Assembly: GCA_000004695.1 (NCBI GenBank)
Contig: CM000151.3
Location: 2,368,001 to 2,432,000, forward strand
DNA: 64,000 nt
Direction: 5' to 3'
DNA from: Dictyostelium discoideum
Lineage: Eukaryota
In this document: piece by piece, positions 1 to 15,417 of the stretch
Layout: every line of letters starts with the position of its first letter
How positions within the stretch are numbered: the stretch's first letter is position 1
The notes under the pieces: model-generated
What the model was told of the DNA's origin: nothing
The model's input: the letters and a program-made list of their open reading frames with translations, nothing else
Databases searched by the model: none
Translations under genes and position numbers: made by a program

Positions 1-3359
<3,359 letters not shown>

Positions 3360-4222
3360 AATGATTATTGTATATAAATGCTGCTATTGGTTTTTATATT
3401 TCTAACTTGTGTGTTGGTTTTTTTTTTTTTTTTTTTTTTTTTTTATTTTTTTAATTTGTTAAAAAAAAAAAAAAAAAAATTATATTGAAAAAAAAAAAAA
3501 AAAAAAACTTTATCACCTAATAATTGAAACTTTTTTTTGAATGGATATATTTGATGCTGTTATTTTATATTTTTTTAATTTTTATGATTTGAATTTATAA
3601 ATATATTGAAAAAAATAAAATAAAAAAAAAAAAAAAGAAAAGAAAAAAAAAAATATATATTTTTATTTTTTAATTTAATTTAAAAAAAAAAAAAAAAAAA
3701 GAATAAAAAGATGTTTTACTAAAATGATTAATATTAGTAATTTATTAATATTTTTAGAGTAATAATAATAATTGGAAACATATAGTGTTTATTTTTGGTT
3801 ATGTATATGTGTGTGTTTTTTTGTGGAAGTGGGTTATTATAATATATTAAATTTTTGAAAGTCGTAATAAAAAAATTATTGGTGTGGAATGGTATATATT
3901 TTTTTTCCCTATTAATATATATATATAATATATATATATATATACACAATATATATATATATATATATGTGTGTGTAGAATTTTATTAAATAATAAAACA
4001 ATCCTCTAATGATTTTTTTTTTTTTTTTTAATAAAAAATATAAATTAAAAAAAAAAAAAATGGAAAAAAAAAAAATATAAAAAAATTAAAAAAAAAAAAA
4101 AGGAAAAAAAAAAAAAAAAAGAAAAAGAAAAAGAAAACAAAGTCATACAGATTAATTGAATTATTGGAGGGGTGTGGTGAATTGTAGGTATATAAATATT
4201 TATGTGATAATAATAATAATAA

Positions 4223-4253
<31 letters not shown>

Positions 4254-5876
4254 AATTTAATTAGGAAACACACAACTGTTATATTAAATTAAAAAAAAAT
4301 AATAAACATTGTATCGGTGCCAATTTAAGTGTGATGAAAGATTGTGTTGTTGTTGTTTGTAATTAATTTTGTAATTTTAACGTTATATATACACATTTAA
4401 ATATTTAACAAGTTTTTTTTTTTTTTTTTTTTTATTTAATTATTATTAATGAAAATAATAAAAATACCAAATATCTGGGTTATTAAAATTTTTTTTCTTT
4501 TTTTCTTTTTTTTTTTTAAAAATTTTTTTATCACACATTAAACATATAAATAGATTCAACAACAACAACAAAAAAATAACAATAATAATAAAAATAATAA
4601 TGTGAGGAGGGGGTGTGTTTTTTTTTTTTTTATGTGAGGTTATGATAATGTGTAGGTAGAAGTGTATTTATTATTATTATTATTTAAATTATAAAATAAT
4701 AAACAAACAAGTGGTTGTGTGGTTTTTTTTTTTTTTTTTTTTTTTTTCGAGTTATGTGGCTATAGTGGTTAAATATGTTGTAAGAATTTAATATTACCAT
4801 TCAATATTTTGTATCTCATAAATGTGAGAAATTGGGTGTGTGAAAATGTGTTGTGTAATTCTCTTTTTTTTTTTTTTTTTTTTCTTTTTTTTCTTTTTTT
4901 TTCTTTTTTTCTTTTTTTTTTTCTAATTTAATTAAATACCACTAACCCAGTTTAGGTAAGGTAGATATAATTATATTTTGTTTTTTTATTTGTTATTAAT
5001 GTTTTGTAATTGTAGTAAAAAGTGTTGCATGCATAGACACATCAATACATTTTTTTATTTTTTATTTTTTATTTTTTTTTTATTTTTATTTTTTTATAAT
5101 TATTATTTATTTATTTTTTTTATTATTATTCTTTTATTTTTGTGTTTTTTTTTTTTTTTGTATATTTTTTATTTTTTATTATTTTATTATTTTATTATTT
5201 TTTTATTTTATTTTATTTTTTTTTTAATTAATTTTTTTTTTTTTTTTTTTTTTTTCGCATGTGTGAGAGCAATGGCGCACCTAAAAACCGAACTTTTTTA
5301 AAAAATTAAATACTAAGAGGTTTGCCCACAAAATTTTTGCAGGGTTTAATAATTATAATAAAATTAATCTCAAAAAAAAAAAAATAAAAAAATAAAAAAA
5401 AAATAAAAAAAAAATAAAAAAAAATGAAACGATTATAAAGGAGAAAAAGAAAGTGATCATTTTCGTTTTTTTTTTTTTTTTATTTTTTTTTTTATTCCTA
5501 ATTAATTTGGTGTTTCACAGATCATTTTTTTATTTTTTTTTTTTAATATTGTTTTTTTTTAATGGGTAGCGATATTTTATTGGTGACAGTTTAAAATTAT
5601 ATTGTTCAAGTTAACCAATTGTTTTTTTTTTTTTTTAAACCATTTTTATTTAGTTTTTTTTTTTTTGATTTTTAACAAAAAAAAAAAAAAATATAAAAAA
5701 AAAAAAAAAAAAAAAAGAACACATTGACGAAATTACGAATGGTTGGAATATGGTTTTAATAATAGAATTTTAATTGGATTTTTTTTTTTTTTTTTATTCA
5801 ATGATTGTGATTGTTATTATTATTATTTGTCTGTCAGTTTTTTATTTATTCCCCAAAAAAATATTAATAATAACAA

Positions 5877-5911
<35 letters not shown>

Positions 5912-6697
5912 ATATTTCAGATTAGGTGGAGGATGGGGTGGGAAAATACTTCAAATTTGGATTCGCTCCATAATTAAAAAAAAAAAAAAAGAAAAAAAAT
6001 TAAAAGGAAAAAAGGTTAGCTCATAACTTTGAAGAAAAAAAAAAAAAAAATTTTGTTTTGTTGTGAATTTTAAAATGTTTAGAAAAAAAAAAATACTGTT
6101 TAGAATTTATTTATTTTTTTACCCTTTTTTTTTGTAAAACGTCTTTTAAATTTCCAAAAAGTGCACTTTAAAAATTCATTGCAACTAATAATAGGGCCAA
6201 ATTTTACTGTTTTTTTTTTTTTTTTTTTAATTGAAAATGGAAGATCTAAAATTTTAAGTTTTGTGTGGTGGCAAAATTTTTTATTTTTTTTTTTCATTTT
6301 TTTTTTTTTACGAATAAACTTTTGGTAAATGGATTGGTAAGGGTTAAAATAAAAAAATAAAAAAAAAAAAATAATAAATATTTAAATAGTGTTACATATA
6401 TATTTATATTGAGTGAAAGAAATAATCATCTATTATCCTTTTATCATAATTATTATTTTAATTATAATATTATTGGATAGAATTGATGAAGTTAGGATCA
6501 AGAATAATAACTTTATTAAAAGATTCAAATAATAAAATCAATATTAATAAGATACTTTAATAATATAAATAGTTTAAATAAATTTTGATATCTTTTATTT
6601 AAATCTTTTATTACCATTTTTTTTTAATTTATTAAAAAATACGTTGTCAGAAGAAAAAAATAAATTAATAAATAAAATAAATAAATAAATAAAAGTG

Positions 6698-6739
<42 letters not shown>

Positions 6740-6894
6740 TTTTAATTTTAAAGGTTTTTATTATTTTTATTTATTTTATTATTTATTATAATTTAATATA
6801 TTTTTTTTTTTTTTCCAGGTTTTTTTTTTTTTATTTTTTTTTTTTTTCCAGGTTTTTTTTTTTTTTTCTTTTTCTTCACACTTAATTTCTTTCT

Positions 6895-7153
6895 TTATTT
6901 TTGTAAGACATCTTTTAATTTTTTAAGTAATAGAGCAGATACAACTTGATCATTGCTTCTAATAATACAATTAACAGTTGGTGGTTGTTGTTTTAATAAT
7001 TGAATTTGAACATAAATGTTTTCATCTTTTAATAAAGTTTTACTTGCAAATTGAATCTTTGATTTTAATTTATTCGAGGCTATTGGAATTAAATTAATAC
7101 CTTCTAAAACTATTGGTAAAATTGGCATTAAACCAATATTTTCATCACCACTT

Positions 7154-7191
<38 letters not shown>

Positions 7192-10100
7192 TAATTTATC
7201 TAAGCATTGATCACCAAATTCAAATTGATCATCAACTTGTTTAAATTCACCAACTTCTTCAAATTCATCTTTCCATTGACTAATTGATTCATAAATTGGT
7301 ACAATTGGTATTAATAATTCACCAATAATTGGTGTTAAAGTTACTGGGAAATTACCTTTATTAAAGCTATAATGATAATAATAAAATATATATATTTTTT
7401 AATTAATATTTGTATTTAATTTTCAAAAGTAATAAATAAAAAAATAAAAAAATAAAAAATTTACCTAATTTCAAATTTACAAGATTGAGAAGTTGAATTA
7501 AATAAAACATAAATTTGTTTTTGAATTGCTTGATTTGGTTCAATTGATTCGATTGGATCAAATTCACTAATATCAGCACCATCGATTAAATTTTTATTAA
7601 TGATAGAGATATCGGTGAAAGTTTCATCAGATTGATTCTTTATATTTAATTGAATGATATTATAACGTGGTTGACATGAAAATTCTTCATTATCTCTGAT
7701 TCTAATGAAACAATAATCAATACTTAATCCACCACTAATTGTTGGTTTTAATAATATTTTCTTTACAGATTTGGTAGTGGAGTTTATATAATTTTCAAAA
7801 TCAAATTTATCCATTTCTTCCTCACCACTACCACCACCACCAATACCATTAGCGGTTTGATTGTTATCGTCATTAGTTATACCAAATAATTCATCGAAAT
7901 CATCTTCATCCTCTGCTTGAACTTCACCTTCACCATCATATTCACCATCATCAATATCTTGATTATATTCATCTTCATCATAGTTTTGTTGTTTTCTATT
8001 TTTCTTTTTATTTTTCTTTTCTTCACCAAAGAAATCTTCATATTCATTTTGTTCTTCATATTCTTCTTCCTCTTCCTCCTCATCATACTCCTCCTCATCT
8101 TCTTCTTCCTCATCAGAATAAAATGGAGTATCAACGAAAATATTATTTAATTGTTGTTGTTGGTGTTGTTGTTGTTGTGATTGTTGATTTGGAATCCAAC
8201 GTTGAATTGGTTCTCTAACTGATGGATCAGGGGCAACATCAGGGAAATCAGGTAATGCGGTGTAACCTAAAGCAGTATGATTAACGATATGTGATAATGA
8301 ACCAAGTGTAAAACGTTGTCTATCTTCACTTATTGAAGTTTCAGTTGGAATTGGTTTTTGATTGATAACGATTTGTTTGATATTACTATTGATGGATTGA
8401 GTATTCTCAGTATTGAAATAGAAATGTTTTAACATTCTACTATTATCTCTAATATCATAGTTTTGATCGAATTTTGCTAAATTTAAAACATATTGAAACA
8501 TTAAGGTGATCTTTTCTTTAGTTCTTTCATTTTTAAATTCATTTGGTATACTATTATCAGTAGTGGTAGTACTATTATTATCAGTGAATTGAACATATAA
8601 TTTTGAACCTAAATTTAAGGTTTCCAATTTAACAGATTCATGTTCATCAGAGAATGATTTAACTAATTTTCTAAATACATCTGGTGCAACCAATGGTACA
8701 CGATAGCAATATTCACCAATTACCCAAACGATTGATGCACGTGCACTTGGTACTTGAAGTGTATCTAATAGTTTTGATAAATGTAAAATTATATTATCAT
8801 ATTTAATTGAATTATTTGATGATGAATGTTTTGAAATGGTTGATTGATTTTCTTTGACATCTTTTTCTTTTTCTTTTTCTTTTTCTAATTTCTCAAGTTT
8901 TTCATTTGTTGCATTCAATTGTAATAATCTTTTTAAAACAATTACACTCTCTGCAACTACAACAGTTGATTGATTGGATAGGAGGGACATTAAACCATAG
9001 ATACATGATTCGGTTACATCTGGTACTGTAGAGGCGCAGGAGCCAATCGCTTGAATTGTGGCTGCAACGAATTTCTTATCTTCATTCTTTACATACTCTT
9101 TGAACTCTTTCAAGATTTTACCAATATTTTCAGGTGTTGCTAAACGAGTCAATATCTCTAATTTCAATTTGATGCTATACTCTGGATCAGATGAATGAAT
9201 GAAAAACTCTGATAAATGAGGTTCAAACATTGATGGTCTCAATGTTACCATAGTGGAAATGTTGGTCAATGTAATGTATTGTACTTCTGGTCCACTACGT
9301 AAAATACGAACTAATGATTTACCAACTTTTTGTGCTTCAATCGATGGTGCACAATAGAAATACAATGAACTTACTGCCATCACTACTGCATTATTTCTAC
9401 TCTGTAATAATGGTAATGTTGATTTTAATAATAATCTATGATCCATATCAATCTCTTCACTTGAATCAAACATATCTCTTTCTAATGGTTTCTTTTTATA
9501 TAAACTATTTTCTGGTTCATCATCTTCTTGATCTTCTTCATCTGAATAAAATGATTTTGATTTCTTTTTAAATTGTTTAATATTTTTATCATTCTTAAAT
9601 TTAGTATTAGTATTGGTAGTACTATTGGTAGTGATGCTGGTATGATGGTGGTAGTGATAGTGATAGTGATAGTGATAGTGATTATGGTATGATGGTGGTA
9701 GTGGTAGTGGTAGTGGTAGTGGTAGTGGTAGTGGTAGTGGTAGTGGTAGTGGTAGTGGTAGTGGTAGTGGTAGTGGTAGTGGTAGTGGTAGTGGTAGTGG
9801 TAGTGGTAGTGGTAGTGGTAGTGGTAGTGGTGTGGTAGTGGTAGTGGTAGTGGTACTGGTAGTGGTAGTGGTAGTGGTAGTGGTAGTATTTATTTATTTA
9901 TTTATTTTTTTTAAAAAAAAGATTAGTACCTTTCAAAATTAAAATTAAATTATTAATATATTTATTTTTTAATAATTACCATTGTTGAATCAGGACATCT
10001 AAATTGTGATCTTGCATATTTTGTAAGAATATCAAGTACGATTACTTGTGACCATTCATCGAAATCAGCTAATAATTGACAAATTTTTCTATAATGTTGA

Positions 10101-10565
10101 TGAAGGAGATCAAAACGTTGTGGACAAAGTTCATTGAAAGCGACGATAGCAGCACCTAATACCATTGTACTTGTATCATTTAAGAGTATTTCCAATAGGT
10201 CGATTAATGGCTCTTGTTTATCACAATCCAATTTATGTACTTTTGCAATTGCAAAAGCAGCGGCCTTTCTAACAAATGGTGATGTATCCTTAACAGATTT
10301 CTCAATTGCCAATATAATCACTTCAATGATATCAATAACACGAATTGATGACATAACTCTCAATGCTGATGCTCTAATCACTTGACTTTGATCATTTAAT
10401 GACTTTTGAATGGTATTAATTGACAATAATGCACTATCATTTTGACTCTCTGCATAATGAACTAAATACATGTATACTAATTTCTTAATCTCTAAATTCT
10501 TTACAATTACATTCTTTACAACTTGAGGAAATGCTTCTGAAACATCTCTACCTTTTGATAACATC

Positions 10566-10620
<55 letters not shown>

Positions 10621-10827
10621 TAATATTAATCATCATCATCATCATCATCATTTTATTTATTTATTTATTTTATTATATATACATACAGCGATTAACTTTT
10701 TCATACTTTCAAGTTTATCAGCATCAGATGGACTATCTAAATGCTTCTTGATTTCTTCAATTTTAGTATTTGCTGTTGAATCATTGAAATATCTACTTTG
10801 ATTAATATTATTTAAAACTGTATCCAT
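6895..10827 (-). CDS. ap3b1: AP-3 adaptor complex beta subunit (beta3 adaptin). Exons (minus strand): 10827..10687, 10564..9980, about 9593..7465 (5' boundary uncertain), 7366..6895.
   Basis: Exon 1: MDTVLNNINQSRYFNDSTANTKIEEIKKHLDSPSDADKLESMKKLIA, then GTATGT. Exon 2: [76 protein letters not shown]...FVRKAAAFAIAKVHKLD...WSQVIVLDILTKYARSQF. This aligns residue for residue with human AP3B1 ([72 protein letters not shown]). Exon 3 holds the trunk, the acidic hinge (EEEEDEEEYDEEEEEEEYEE...) and the ear. Exon 4 follows AG|GTAAAT and a TTATAG acceptor and ends ...LKKLKDVLQK* at 6895. Confidence 0.8.
9693..9888. repeat. (GGTAGT)n hexanucleotide repeat, about 33 units, preceded by (GATAGT)n. It lies inside the AP-3 beta gene, between exon 2 and the confidently coding part of exon 3.
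   Basis: Direct reading. On the minus strand it is open in the exon-3 frame as (LP)n, so it may be intronic or translated. Confidence 0.9.
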
Positions 10828-11311
10828 TTTTTTTTTTTTTTTTTTTTTTCTTTTGTATAGTTTTCAAACTATACTATAATAGAATGATGGTGATGGTATT
10901 GGTGTTATACCCAAAAAATTATTTAATATTAAAAAATAAAAAAATAATAAAAAAAAGACCACGCGATGAAAAGTAAAAAGAAAAAAAAAAAAATTAGAAA
11001 AAAAAAAAAAAAAATTAAAAAAATCTTGTTGTATGGAAAAAAAAAAAAAATAAAATAAAAAAAAAATAAAAATTAAAAACAAAACATAAAATTTTTGAAA
11101 AATTTTAAAAAAAAAAAAAAAAAAAAAATCAAAAAAAAAAAATTTTCAAGATATGAAAAATGTGATGTTGCTTTGTTGGTTTTAACAACTATTTTTATTT
11201 TTATTTTTTATTTTTACCAACGTGTCAAATATTTACATATATATATATATTTTTATTATTTTTTTTATTATTATTACTATTTTAATTATTTTAATTATTT
11301 TGGTAATTTTA

Positions 11312-12124
11312 TTATTTTGGTAATTTTCTCATATATCTAAAATAAATAAAAAATAATGAAGCTGATAAAGTATACCAAGTTCCAATATAAGACATATGTT
11401 TATTATGGAAACTACTTTCAACATCGTTATCGAATCTTTTGAATTGTGGATTTGGTAATGATGATGGTTTGGAATTAATTTCAGTTTCATCCATAGTATT
11501 GATCATTAAAGGTTCGGTATTCAATTGATCAGCCATTGCATCAACATCTAAACTATACCATTGTCCTTTCTCAGGTTGATTAGTTGGTGTAAATGCACTA
11601 CCTCTTTCTTTAGTTTTACTAATTACACCTAAAATATTAAAATATCTATATAAAATTGATTCTTGATTTCCTTGTTGTTGTCCTTGTTCTTTTTCTTTTT
11701 GATGAATTAATTTTAATTCTTCAATTGCATAGGGAATTTTATAATTTGATTTTGGGGTTGAAGCACTCCAACCCCTATTTAAGAGAATTCTAGTGCCATC
11801 TGATAATTGTAATGGTGAGATGACGTAGTAGCCCAATGTACCATCAATGGATCTTGGTCCAAGTAAGACGTATTGGTTATCAATTACTTTTCCATTTAAA
11901 TATACTCTTCTAAATTCATATTTATTTAAATCACCAAAACTACTACCTTTAAAATTCTTTATGAATGAATTTGATAATTCGATTGGATCTTCCTCCATTC
12001 TATCTTTTGCTCTCTGAATTAATCTTTTCTTCCAATCATATCTATAAACTTGCCAAGTACCTAATCCAAATGCAATAACTGGAAATATAAAAAAAAGTTT
12101 AAATCCTTTTTTATTTTTATTCAT
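11312..12124 (-). CDS. SURF1/Shy1-family cytochrome c oxidase assembly protein; single exon, 270 aa.
   Basis: N-terminal TM followed by the diagnostic GLGTWQVYRYDWKKRLI motif of SURF1, a central domain (RRVYLNGKVIDNQYVLLGPRS...GYYVISPLQL) and a C-terminal TM (IGTWYTLSASLFFIYF). Confidence 0.8.
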   Translation of the reverse strand: MNKNKKGFKLFFIFPVIAFGLGTWQVYRYDWKKRLIQRAKDRMEEDPIELSNSFIKNFKGSSFGDLNKYEFRRVYLNGKVIDNQYVLLGPRSIDGTLGYYVISPLQLSDGTRILLNRGWSASTPKSNYKIPYAIEELKLIHQKEKEQGQQQGNQESILYRYFNILGVISKTKERGSAFTPTNQPEKGQWYSLDVDAMADQLNTEPLMINTMDETEINSKPSSLPNPQFKRFDNDVESSFHNKHMSYIGTWYTLSASLFFIYFRYMRKLPK

Positions 12125-12220
12125 TATTAAACAATATTATTATTCGTTTATTATTAAAATTAAAAAATGAAAAATATAAAAAAAAAAAAAAAAATGTAAA
12201 AAATGAAAATTAATTTTTTT

Positions 12221-12263
<43 letters not shown>

Positions 12264-12442
12264 TAAAAAAAAAAATAAAAAAAAAAAAATCGATCAATTT
12301 TGGGTTGTGTGGTTCAATATTGTAAAATATTAAAAGAAAGAAAAACATCAAAATTCAATTTCAATTGTATAATAAAACCAATATAATAATTAGATTTAAA
12401 TCCTATCTAATAAAATAAACAATATATATACAAATACTTAAA

Positions 12443-13344
12443 ATGAGTGAAGAAAAAGATATGGAAGTTGAGGCTTTATCAGCCATTTATATGGATCATT
12501 TCAATAGTAAATATCCTTTATATTAATAACCACACTTTTTTTTTTTTTTTCCTTTTTTTTTTTTTAACATCCAATAAATTCTTATTAACCCTTTTTTTTT
12601 TTTTTTCCATAGGTATAGATTCAGATCATGTACAAATTACATTACTACCAAATCCAGGTGGTGATGAACCAAATTTTGGTAAGTTTTTATTGAATTCAAT
12701 AGATTTAAAAATTTTTATAAAAATTAAAATAATTATTAATTATCATATGATAATTATCATATATTTAAATTGAAATAGTTGCAATTATTTTAGATATTAT
12801 ATTTTCAGTTGATTATCCAAATTCAATACCAAAGATTGATTTAATACCTCATTTAGGATTAGAGAAAGAGGATATTTTAGAATTACAAGGTAAAGTTATA
12901 CAAGAAGCAGAGAATAATATTGGTATGTCAATGATATTTATATTGTGTGGTTTAATTAAAGAATGGGTTGATGAGAATAATATTGATCCAGATTTAGAAG
13001 AGAGTGAACAATCATCCTCCTCAGAGGCTGAAGATGATGAAAGACCATTCGAAGGTACACCAGTCACAGAAGAGGCATTTTTAGCATGGAGAAAGAAATT
13101 TATAGAGGAAACTAAACCATTTAAAAAAGAGAAACAATTAAATAAATTAACAGGTAGACAATTATTCGAACAAGATACATCATTGAATGCTTCAGATTCA
13201 AGATTAATGGAGGAAGGTGAAGAAGCTTCAAATATCACTGTAGCTTCAATTAAACCAAAATTAGAAGAAGTTGCTGCTCAAGTTGATTGGTCATTATTTG
13301 CTGATGAAGAAATTAAAGATGTTGATTATGAAGAAGAAGAATAA
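12443..13344 (+). CDS. RWD domain protein, orthologue of RWDD1 / DRG-family regulatory protein 2 (DFRP2). Exons: 12443..12506, 12613..12678, 12794..13344.
   Basis: MSEEKDMEVEALSAIYMDHFN | SIDSDHVQITLLPNPGGDEPNF | DIIFSVDYPNSIPKIDLIPHLGLEKEDILELQGKVIQEAENNIGMSMIFILCGLIKEWVDEN...FEGTPVTEEAFLAWRKKF...LTGRQLFEQDTSLNASD. These match human RWDD1 blocks (ENLGMVMIF; FHGTPVT..F..W..KF; LSGKQLFETD). Donors are GTAAAT and GTAAGT; acceptors TTCCATAG and TTATTTTAG. An alternative acceptor 14 nt downstream (ATTTTCAG) is possible. Confidence 0.7.
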
Positions 13345-13532
13345 TAATAATAATAATTATATAAAATAATAATTAAATAAAAAGAAATAAAATAAAAATA
13401 TATAAATAAAATAATTTTTTTTTTTTTTTTTAATCATTTTTTTATTTTTTTTATTTTATTTTTTTTATTGAAAAATATATGTGAATAATTTAAATAATAT
13501 ATATATTAAAAAAAAAAAAAAAAAAAAGAAGT

Positions 13533-14876
13533 TTATTTTGAAACTTTTTTTTCTAATTTCTTTTCTTCTTTTTTTTCTTCTTTTTTAAGTTCTTTTTCTA
13601 ATTTTTTTTCTTCTTTTTTAGCTTCTTTAACAGATTTTCTTTTATCTTTATCAGATAATGGAGTTGAAGGTGCACTAAAGAATGCATTTGATGGTGTGGA
13701 TGATGTTGAAACATAAAAATTATTTGAAGTATTAGTATTGGAGGAAGAGGATGGTGGTAGTGGTGGTTGTTGTTGTTGTTGTTGTTGTTGCTGTATATTT
13801 GTTGAATTGGTAGGTATTGATTTAATTCTAGTAGGTGATGGTGGTGGTATACCATTTCCATTTAAATAAGTTGTTTGAAATAGTTGTAAACTTAATAATA
13901 AAGATTTCTTTAAATTATCACAACTATCTAATAAATTTAAATTATTAATTACTTTCTTTTCAATATCTTCCAATTTCAAATCAAATTGTTTTTTTGGTGC
14001 ATCGACTGCAGAGGATGATGATGATGAAGAAGAGGAGGATGTTGAAGATTTAATACCTAATAAAGTTCTAATTGATTTTAAATCTTGTGTAATTGCAATA
14101 CCAGTTTGACGTGATGTAGTTGAAGAGTCGGAATCAACATCAATATCAATCTCTGTCTTTATGATTTCTAAATTTATAAATTTCAAAAGTTTCAATAATC
14201 TAATATGGTCCTCTAATTCATCTCTTTTCTTCTCTAATGACTCTACACTGGTACCTAATCTATCTTTACAATCATTTTGATTCTTTAAATTATCTTGAAG
14301 ATCTTTCATCTCTTTTTTATAGACCTCTCTCTTTTGTCTTAACAATTCTTTTCTAGCTTCATCGATTTTCTTAACACCACCACTACCAATATTACCTCCT
14401 TCTTCATCGTCACCATCGTCGCCATATCCTTCTTGTTGGTTTTGTTGATCATAATCACCACCATCGTATTGTTGTTGTTGTTGTTCTTGACCACCGTCAT
14501 AATAGTATTGTTGACCATCTTCACCAGTGTAATATAGTTGGCCATCTTCACCTTCGTAGTATTGTTGTTGTTGTTGATCTTGAGCATCATCATAATTGTC
14601 TTGTTGATAATCACCAGTTTGATCTTGATTTAAATATTCGAAATAATTTGCAGGAACTCTACCAACATTACCATTGAGATCACCATTCCACCAACCATCT
14701 TCAAAATCTTGTGTAATACATATAACATCATTCTCTTTGAAACTAATCTCTGTATCGTCAGCTGCATCATAATCATATAACGCTCTTACCCAAATTGGTT
14801 CAAAATTATAATTGTCATAATATTCTTCACCACCAACATCATTATTATTATTTTCATCATATTCTTCGTTATTCAT
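13533..14876 (-). CDS. SH3-domain protein with a coiled-coil region and a K/E-rich tail; 447 aa, apparently single exon.
   Basis: N-terminal SH3 signature: ALYDYDAADDTEISFKENDVICITQDFEDGWWNGDLNGNVGRVPANYFEY. It is followed by Q/Y/D-rich low complexity, a heptad coiled coil (KIDEARKELLRQKREVYKKEMKDLQDNL...) and KKEEKKLEKELKKEEKK. Confidence 0.65.
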   Translation of the reverse strand: MNNEEYDENNNNDVGGEEYYDNYNFEPIWVRALYDYDAADDTEISFKENDVICITQDFEDGWWNGDLNGNVGRVPANYFEYLNQDQTGDYQQDNYDDAQDQQQQQYYEGEDGQLYYTGEDGQQYYYDGGQEQQQQQYDGGDYDQQNQQEGYGDDGDDEEGGNIGSGGVKKIDEARKELLRQKREVYKKEMKDLQDNLKNQNDCKDRLGTSVESLEKKRDELEDHIRLLKLLKFINLEIIKTEIDIDVDSDSSTTSRQTGIAITQDLKSIRTLLGIKSSTSSSSSSSSSSAVDAPKKQFDLKLEDIEKKVINNLNLLDSCDNLKKSLLLSLQLFQTTYLNGNGIPPPSPTRIKSIPTNSTNIQQQQQQQQQPPLPPSSSSNTNTSNNFYVSTSSTPSNAFFSAPSTPLSDKDKRKSVKEAKKEEKKLEKELKKEEKKEEKKLEKKVSK

Positions 14877-15048
14877 TTTTATTTTTATTTCTATTATAAT
14901 TACAAATTATTTAATAAACTAATATACTACAATTTTTTTTTTTTTTAATACAGTTTTTTTTTTTTTTTTTATTTTATTATTTTTAAATATATACTATTAC
15001 AAGGAAAAAATATGTAAAAACAAAAAAAAAAAAAAAAAACTGTTAGGG

Positions 15049-15082
<34 letters not shown>

Positions 15083-15143
15083 AAAATATAGACAAATTGA
15101 CTTTATATAAAAAATTAATTAAAAAAAAAATTTTTCAAAAAAT

Positions 15144-15186
<43 letters not shown>

Positions 15187-15417
15187 TTTTTTTTTTTTTT
15201 TGGGTTTGGTTGTTCATTTATTCACATAAAATTTTTGATCAACTGTTTAATTTTTAATTTTTTTTTTATTTTTTAAGATTTTTTTTTTTTTTTTTTTTAA
15301 AACTCTATTTATATTGTTATAAAAATACATTTCTAAAATCGTTTATTTATTTATTTATTTATTTATTATATTTTTTTTATTATAAATTTATTAAATTAAG
15401 ACTATAGTTCCAATTTT

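Noticed and set aside
3734-6297. Short ORFs 3734..3949, 4028..4273, 4978..5301, 5743..5925 and 6100..6297 in the 3.5-kb AT desert.
   Set aside because: They are F/L/K/Y-rich translations of homopolymer A/T tracts, with no start context, splice logic or conservation.
7877-8150. ORFs 7877..8134(-) and 7917..8150(+) rich in K/R/M or F/I/L.
   Set aside because: They are alternative frames across the GAA/GAT-rich acidic hinge of AP-3 beta; the real frame is the 670-aa one.
9314-9571. Plus-strand ORF antisense to the AP-3 beta exon 2-3 junction.
   Set aside because: It is antisense to a well-supported conserved coding region and shows no features of its own.
12447-12773. Track ORF MKKKIWKLRLYQ... 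(108 aa, +).
   Set aside because: It is a wrong-frame read-through of RWDD1 exon 1, intron 1 and exon 2. The true gene is the spliced model starting at 12443.
12849-13238. Minus-strand 129-aa Ser-rich ORF.
   Set aside because: It is antisense to RWDD1 exon 3, which has strong orthology evidence.
13598-14614. ORFs 13598..13861(-) and 14339..14614(-) (poly-N, H-rich).
   Set aside because: They are alternative frames inside the SH3 protein gene (Q/N repeat regions).
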